The notes under the pieces: generated by a model
Database searches by the model: none
What the model saw: the letters and a program-made list of their open reading frames with translations, nothing else
What the model was told of the DNA's origin: nothing
Position numbers and translations under genes: made by a program
Assembly (NCBI GenBank): GCA_964304625.1
Contig: OZ199839.1
Coordinates: forward strand, 5,450,898 to 5,514,897
DNA length: 64,000 bases
Source: Kudoa neothunni
Lineage: Eukaryota > Animalia > Cnidaria
Direction of reading: 5' to 3'
Part shown: piece after piece, positions 62,965-64,000 of the stretch
Layout: every line of letters begins with the position of its first letter
Numbering within the stretch: the first letter of the stretch is position 1

Positions 62965-64000
62965 AACAAAACACGTAACTATGCTAATGGATTAAAGTAT
63001 ATCTAGAACTTAACACTTTTCCCCTTCATTTTTTTTGTCTTTATAGGTTGATAATAGGATTCAATAATTTCTCATTCCTAGCCTCGCATGGTTTCATTTT
63101 ATCAAAATTTGTGACAAATTTCTTTCCATTTTTTTGTAGGCGATAAGTAGAATTTGTTATTCTCTGCCTCACTGTATACGGCCCATCGAAAAATGGATCG
63201 AGTTTATTTTTTCTGACTGGAATTTTGACCATACCATTCCCCAGGTTTGTAAGGATTTCCATAGGCTTTCGTTGTATCGGTTTTTCGTTTTTTCCAATGA
63301 CAGCTCCATATTCTCTTTTTCCAAATTGTGTGCCATCGTAAGATTTGATTTTCAATTTTTTACATAACCATCAAGCTTTTGCAAAGTACTCACAGTTTCA
63401 AAAACAATGTCGATCGCCGATATAACATATAACCTCTTGTCCCATCATAAGGAAATTTAGAGAATACTTAAAACGATAAGGTGCCGAACGATACGCCATC
63501 ATAACCAACGGTAACAAAGAATCCCATTCTGCAGATCGATCAACAACCTTGCTTAACATATCAATTTATGGTACGATTCAGTCGCTCTACCATGCCGCCT
63601 GACTTAGGATTGTATGGGCATGTACGCATCTTTCTTATTCCAAGCAGTTCACATGTTTGCTTAAAAATTGCAGACTCAAAATTGCTCCCTTGGTCGTTGT
63701 GGAGTGTATGAGGAAATCCAAATCTATTAAACACATGCCTTACCATTTATTGTGTTATCGTCATGGTTTCTTGATTGTTGATGGCAAACGCATCTGCTCA
63801 TTTAGTGAAATAATCATGAATAACTTCAATACAGCGATTCCCCTTATTAATCACTCGGAACGGCCCAACAACATCAATAGCTACACACTTCCATATTCAA
63901 TTCAGAAACAATTTTTTTTGTTTGTTGATTCCTCGCAGCGCACTCTGGACACGATTCACACCAATTCTTCACATCCTTCTTTTGAAATGGCCAGTAAAAA
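62965..64000 (-). mobile_element. Ty3/Gypsy LTR retrotransposon 3' part: decayed integrase, PPT and start of 3' LTR
   Basis: YWP..CESCPEC, AIDVVGP, FGFPHTLHNDQGSNFES, YNPKSGGMVERLNRTI and KLDPFFDGPY. A polypurine tract aaaatgaaggggaaaag is followed by TGTTAAG at 63015. The element runs off the window edge. Confidence 0.9.

Noticed and set aside
1-64000. CRISPR arrays, tRNA or rRNA genes
   Set aside because: No regularly spaced repeats, cloverleaf structures or conserved rRNA motifs were seen by eye.

Overview
This window is very AT-rich and eukaryotic, not prokaryotic: it has GT-AG introns of about 38-46 nt and transposon families typical of animals. A compact-genome invertebrate or parasite lineage is plausible, but the organism cannot be named from sequence alone. 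One host gene can be reconstructed, on the minus strand at about 10119-17097. It encodes a ~2,000-aa type-I membrane protein with a signal peptide, tandem Cys-rich FN3-like modules separated by phase-1 micro-introns, one TM helix and a basic stop-transfer. Most other interpretable sequence is decayed transposons: six piggyBac transposase remnants (one nested in another) plus a piggyBac MITE, four Merlin/IS1595-like fragments, three pogo/Tigger elements, a hAT element with an 8-bp TSD plus relatives, an R4/Dong-like RLE retrotransposon, Helitron pieces and Ty3/Gypsy integrase. Most notable are the Cys-rich FN3-like surface protein, host-sized introns inside pogo and piggyBac transposases, a structured ~150-bp unit present twice in inverted orientation, and a degenerate HDV-like ribozyme candidate. 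Splice models, alignments and folds were worked out by eye; no searches were run.
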